A stretch of DNA of 34,460 nt from Callorhinchus milii (Eukaryota): the NCBI RefSeq assembly GCF_018977255.1, contig NW_024705562.1:1-34460 (forward strand), given 5' to 3'. The first letter of the stretch is position 1. Each line of letters opens with the position of its first letter. The translations under genes were made by a program, and so were the position numbers. Positions 32,001-34,460 of the stretch are shown piece by piece. A model generated the notes under the pieces. That model was given only the letters and a program-made list of their open reading frames with translations. It did not search any database and had not been told where the DNA came from.

Positions 32001-34460
32001 AGTTTTCACAGGATCTTAGACCTGTGGAAACTATTGACGACAAGGCGTCCAGTAGTGGGCTGATAGTCTACGTGCTGTCATATAATGCATCACACCGTAA
32101 TAAGGGCATACACAATCCCGTAGATACACATTTAGACGTGGTGGCCTTAACTGGGTGTACACCGCTTGTAGTTGACGCTGTACAGAGATGAAGATCCGAC
32201 AGGGGCAGCTTGAATTTTTCGCTCAGGCCTTGTCCCGATGCCGACTGCATTGTGGCGTAAAATCTTATGTGTTCGTAAAGCTGTTTCGTTAGCCGAAGTG
32301 TCTGAGTAACGTTATCAGAAGTCGCCATCATAGTTCGCGTACTCGTCCGGGGTATGCCGCCGGGCGTACAGTCACAGTGTTCACGTTCCCCAAAGCTGAG
32401 TGGCTTCCTATCCTTGAGTGGCATGCACTTAAATTCGCAACGATTGAGGACTCATTTAGCGTTCTTTCCGGCAATGTAATAGGAGACAATATATGACCCA
32501 TTCAGAGGGACGCTGCAACGACCACTCTCTGACCGCTTGAATGTCTGATCGTACCAATTGATCAGATTTCAGAATGACGGAAATTACTCAGGATAGTTAG
32601 TTACCAAAATTACGCGAGGCATATTGTATATATCTAAAAAATGCTCATTAATGCGGGCATGGCGCTTATCTATGACGCTAGTCAGGAGACTACTGCTACA
32701 CAATTGTGATGGTTGCAACTACTGTATGGTAAAGGTGGAGATCTGCGACTCATGTTAAATCATTAAGCGAATGCTCCCATTACACTAGGTTGCCTAAGTA
32801 GGTGCGCGATCACTATATGATGCCACTTACTGTTAGAGCGCATGAAAGAACCTACCCAGACATCACACCATGATCGAACGGGTGACGAGTGGCAGACACG
32901 GTCGCCGCCGTATACCAATGGAACTTCCTATGACTAACTTCATATTGTCTTCTGTATCGGGCAGTCGTACGTGTGGTACCACTTTGTCGACTCTCCCCCG
33001 CGCAAGTTCCTGTTTGGGTCTAGGGCCTTAAAGGCCGTTGCGGTGACTCAGATCGCTGTAAAGAGTACCTGGCATTGGGTCTTATGTCCGACCGTTCATA
33101 TAGAGGGATCTGCACTTCTTACTTCCGGGGGAAAGCCCAGCCGGGGGCAGAGTGCAACATTTCGCATCCCTGGCGTAACGCGAGTCCCCGGTGTTGAGGC
33201 ACCGAACTAGAGTATCAATATTAACACGATCCGTGATCTATTATATGATTTCCCCAACGCGTGTAGGCTACACAGAGCATCACGGATAGGGACAGTTGTG
33301 CTGGGGAGCGCATGCAGACACTACCATTCAGCGCTAAGCTTCGGCGCCGACAAGACTTCCCATCACTCCTCCAACGCTCCCCTTAGGATAGGAGTTGCAG
33401 TGATCCCCGCAACGAGGGGTTTACCAGCAGCGTGGCTATGACGACTTATCGTTCAAAGCAAGATAACCTACTACTTAACCCGGAATTGCGGGGGTGATGC
33501 ATGAGTTAGAAAGCCACCCTCTTATGCGCGTTACGAGTGTATGACTAGCAACTGCGGCGCATAGAACCTTAACGGTCCATGCCTCGCTCTTGTAGGGAGT
33601 ACAGCAAGCGGATCATAAAGTAATCCCCATGAAACAACCCCAGCCGCTGCGGACTCTATCCCAGGGTACAGCTACTATACTCAATAATCAGTTTCTCCAT
33701 GGTCCAAAACGAGTTACCGGAGATCAAGCTTTGCCGGATATTGAACTTTCTCATGATAACAAAACCTCAAGAGATCGCAGGTGGAACAGTAGCAGAAGAT
33801 GGCGATCATTTATATAAGTCGATGGGATAGTTTTTTTCTCGTCTCCAAGACGGCGGTTCGTCACTCTTGAGCTGGGCTATTGCACACAGCAAAAGTGCGT
33901 AGGCTACACGCCTTACCAGATTGCCCCATGTTATGAAGGCACATTCGTGCGCTTTGCGCTAATTACGACTCGATGAGCATAAAGACTCAGGCGAGAAGGA
34001 GTCTAACGAGAGGAGTATTCATTGGTATTGTAACTGTCACTGTGATCCCCCCAGGGGACAGTAATTCGGTTCCATTACTAGCGACAACTGACCTAGGGTC
34101 ATTTTGATTACCTTTGGATCGGCGTGTTAGTTCATCCGATCTACTGGATGAGCCAACTGGTTGGGTTAGTCGGTGGAGAATAAGTATCATCCCAGACTAC
34201 GTGTCCAAGGCCATCAGCCCATCTCGATCCCGGGTTCTAATGTTCTGACTATGTCTGCAAGGCGTTGCGGGCCGTTGCATATGCGCTGCAGCTGACGGTC
34301 TACAGGTCCAAAAGTTGCACGACGTCTTTGATTGTATAGGATGCTTTGAATATGTGCAGCGACGGCTCTGGCAAGCCCCTAATTGGTAAAAGATCTCTAT
34401 ACTTTAGAGAATATGAGTACGCGTGACCAACTATTAGGGCCCACGAGATGGCAACGTACT

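Noticed and set aside
23167..34190. All ORFs of 60-133 aa after the gap
   Set aside because: Lengths and composition fit random sequence; many use non-ATG starts; no recognisable domains.

Overview
Eukaryotic window with three parts. (1) 1-23026: a tandem array of 57 units of about 310 bp, each carrying a minus-strand tRNA-Asp-derived gene. 30 units are A-type (canonical tRNA-Asp(GTC) or close variants). They alternate with two pseudogene classes: B (anticodon position GTA, 18 copies) and C (GGA, 9 copies). The units form a higher-order repeat (A-B-A-B-A-C, about 1.85 kb). (2) Two near-identical non-autonomous Helitrons of about 2.76 kb (11550-14307 and 20244-23000, minus strand; 5' TC, 3' hairpin + CTAG, inserted between A and T without a TSD) sit at the same nucleotide upstream of a B unit. 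Each carries deleted RepHel remnants interrupted by a nested insertion of about 493 bp with a 10-bp target-site duplication. That insertion contains 78-bp tandem repeats, a TATA/Inr-like promoter and a minimal type I hammerhead-ribozyme-like motif with a G12A core change, suggesting a Penelope-type terminal repeat. (3) After a 30-N gap (23027-23056), 23057-34460 looks featureless and random: about 50% GC by eye, no ORF over 133 aa, and no repeats or recognisable proteins. I call no genes there.
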